From: Octopus sinensis
Taxonomy: Eukaryota
DNA: 37,203 nucleotides
Direction: 5' to 3'
Assembly: GCF_006345805.1 (NCBI RefSeq)
Contig: NW_021835950.1
Location: forward strand, 1-37,203
Shown here one piece after another: positions 34,936 through 37,203 of the stretch; position 1 is the stretch's first letter; every line of letters starts with the position of its first letter. Under the pieces are notes generated by a model. It made no database searches. It worked only from the letters and a program-made list of their open reading frames with translations, and was not told the DNA's origin. Both the position numbers and the translations under genes were made by a program.

Positions 34936-35430
34936 ATACTGAGGTCATAACCCCCGGAGGGAACATGCATATCAAAGCAACCGAGGGCTCTAGGTTTCGA
35001 ACTTGCTTGCGTATTATCAACTCCAGTGCGGTTAAATCGACGCATGATAACTCTGTCAGATTGTTTATCTATCGGTTAGATCATAAAAACCAGAATAAAA
35101 TTTCTATGATGTGCGTTTTTGTTCAGTTGGAATCGACGAAACTTACACGCATTACATGTAGAAAACACACAAACACATACACACATGTGTTTAAGCGCTC
35201 GCGTGTATATGTTTATGTGTTTTATATATATGTGTGTGATGCATGTAATTTTCGTCAATCTCGAAAATTTATTTTGGTTTTTGTGATCTAACTGATGCAT
35301 AAACAATTCTAACAGAGTTACATGCGTCATTTAACCGCACTGGAGTTGATAATACCCAAACAGGTTCGAAATCAACAGCCTTCGGTTGCTTTGATATGCA
35401 TGTTCCCTCCGGTGGTTATGACCTCAATAT
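34936..35430. repeat. ~495-bp near-complete palindrome (possible Penelope-like relic)
   Basis: tgaggtcataacccccggagggaacatgcatatcaaagcaaccga versus tcggttgctttgatatgcatgttccctccggtggttatgacctca; complementarity continues inward almost to the centre (~35190). Confidence 0.95.
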
Positions 35431-35623
35431 ATATAATATTATATAGATATATATTATTATATATATACATACATATATATATAAATATATATAATATACA
35501 ACATATATATATAAATTCATATATGTATATATATATATAATATTTATTTTAATAATAGATATATATATATACATATTTATATTTATAATGTGCATATATA
35601 TATTATGTACAAATGCATATTAA

Positions 35624-35698
<75 letters not shown>

Positions 35699-35856
35699 TT
35701 GTGTGAATGTATGTGTATGTGTATGCATCTATGTATATCATGAGTATACAGTTACACTATGTACGAGTTGGATTTTCACGTAGATTATCAACGAACCTGT
35801 CAGCTTCCAGTGTAGTGGTTTGAAGTGCTACGAGTTATGATATACAGACCATATGA

Positions 35857-36067
35857 AGTGGAAAATGAAGATAAACACCAGTTTAAATATTTCGTTGTTA
35901 CGTACGTTTCAACATAGCCGTTATTTACAGCTCAGCACAGGATGTTCCAGACGCCGTAAGGCATCCAAATACACATGGTACATTCAATGCTGAGTCTCAT
36001 GGAACTGCAATGGCGAAACGTACATTGAACTAAATATCTATACTGGTGCTTCTCATCATTTTCCACT
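35857..36067. repeat. ~210-bp diverged palindrome
   Basis: agtggaaaatgaagataaacaccagtttaaatattt...gtacgtttc versus gaaacgtac...aaatatctatactggtgcttctcatcattttccact. Confidence 0.88.
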
Positions 36068-36653
36068 ATATATATATATATATATATTATTTTTGTTATT
36101 CGATTTTTTTTCGCTTAAACTTTATATTTCTTTCGGGCATTGAGTTCTGAGTGGAATTTCATTTCAACAAATGTAGCGATTTTGGCTTATACCGCATAGC
36201 TTTAGACTCATGTTGTTAGCTGGGCGTCTTCTGTAGGGCACAGTTCCAGTGTGACTCTGAGACTTTCGGTGTTATTTAGGACTTACAAAGCCATTAAATA
36301 TTTTGATACCCTTTCATCAAACACCACTTTTCGGAAGCCCTGCTTTGACCATTTTGCCTTCCTGAGATACACGCCTAGGTATGAATCTACATCTTTTCCG
36401 ATGTCTCTTATTGCCATTCTTGTGTTTCTTGGACCTATGTCGGGGAATGAATATAAAATCAGGAGTATTTATGACAATTTTCGTTTTCATTTTGGCTGAG
36501 CTTTTAGTTTTGAATCCAGAGTGGAAAGCGTAAAATGTTTTCTCTTTTTCATTTGAGAGAACTTCTCCCGTTAAGTTCTGGAAAGCCTGTTGTAAATTCG
36601 CGTGAGGAAAGATTTAGACCCCTTACATACTTTCGTAAGCAGGTATATCAAAA

Positions 36654-36890
36654 GGCGGCGAGCTGGCAGAAACGTTAGCACGCCGGGCGAAATGCGTAGC
36701 CGTATTTCGTCTGCCGTTACGTTCTGAGTTCAAATTCCGCCGAGATCTACTTTACCTTTCATCCTTTCGGGGTCGATAAATTAAGTACCAGTTACGCACT
36801 GGGGTCGATATAATCAAACTTAATCCCTTTGTCTACCCTTGTTTGTCCTCTCTGTGTTTAGCCCCTTGTGGGTAGTAAAGAGATAGGTAT
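36654..36890 (+). mobile_element. Full-length, well-preserved family A tRNA-SINE (Meta-domain-like core)
   Basis: A-box-like TGGCAGAAACG (36664), B box GAGTTCAAATTCC (36726-36738), core cctttcatcctttcggggtcgataaattaagtaccag; flanking repeat aggtatatc at 36641-36649 and 36885-36893. Confidence 0.95.
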
Positions 36891-37203
36891 ATCTCATTTT
36901 TCTCGTTGACCTTTCCTGTCGAAAACAATGTTTTATTGCGACTGCGTTGGAGCTAAAATGTGTTTAGTTTGTATTAAGGGAAGGTTTGCCTTAACACAGC
37001 TGCTGTATGAAGGGGCCATAGTATATGACTCTGTAGAAGAGTCGCTTTCGCTTTTGTTGTCAACATCTCCATCTTCATATTTATTTACTTGACTGTTTAG
37101 GACGCTTCCATTCAGAATATTCTTCATCTTCTCCTTTCCTTTCCACATATACTTCCGTGTTTCGGCTTTTGTGTTGTTTCTTCGGCTTTGTAGTATGTAA
37201 TGT

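Overview
Eukaryotic, AT-rich, repeat-dominated non-coding DNA (intronic or intergenic). The SINE families and the very high microsatellite load point to an octopus (coleoid cephalopod) genome; this is an inference from recalled repeat consensuses. No intact host protein-coding gene can be supported, and almost all listed ORFs are translations of microsatellites. Recognisable content: many tRNA-derived SINE copies of three families; a decayed mariner transposase; a decayed DD37D/maT transposase; three relics of R4/Dong-clade non-LTR retrotransposons; several MITEs (mariner-derived, hAT-like, Mutator/foldback-like); and four long inverted repeats. The best candidates for follow-up are a pre-miRNA-like hairpin at ~14.66-14.80 kb whose arm resembles the miR-2001 family, two Penelope-like palindromes with possible hammerhead relics (34.9-36.1 kb), and a template-switch-type inverted duplication at 7.4-8.0 kb. 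I found no convincing new multi-gene system.
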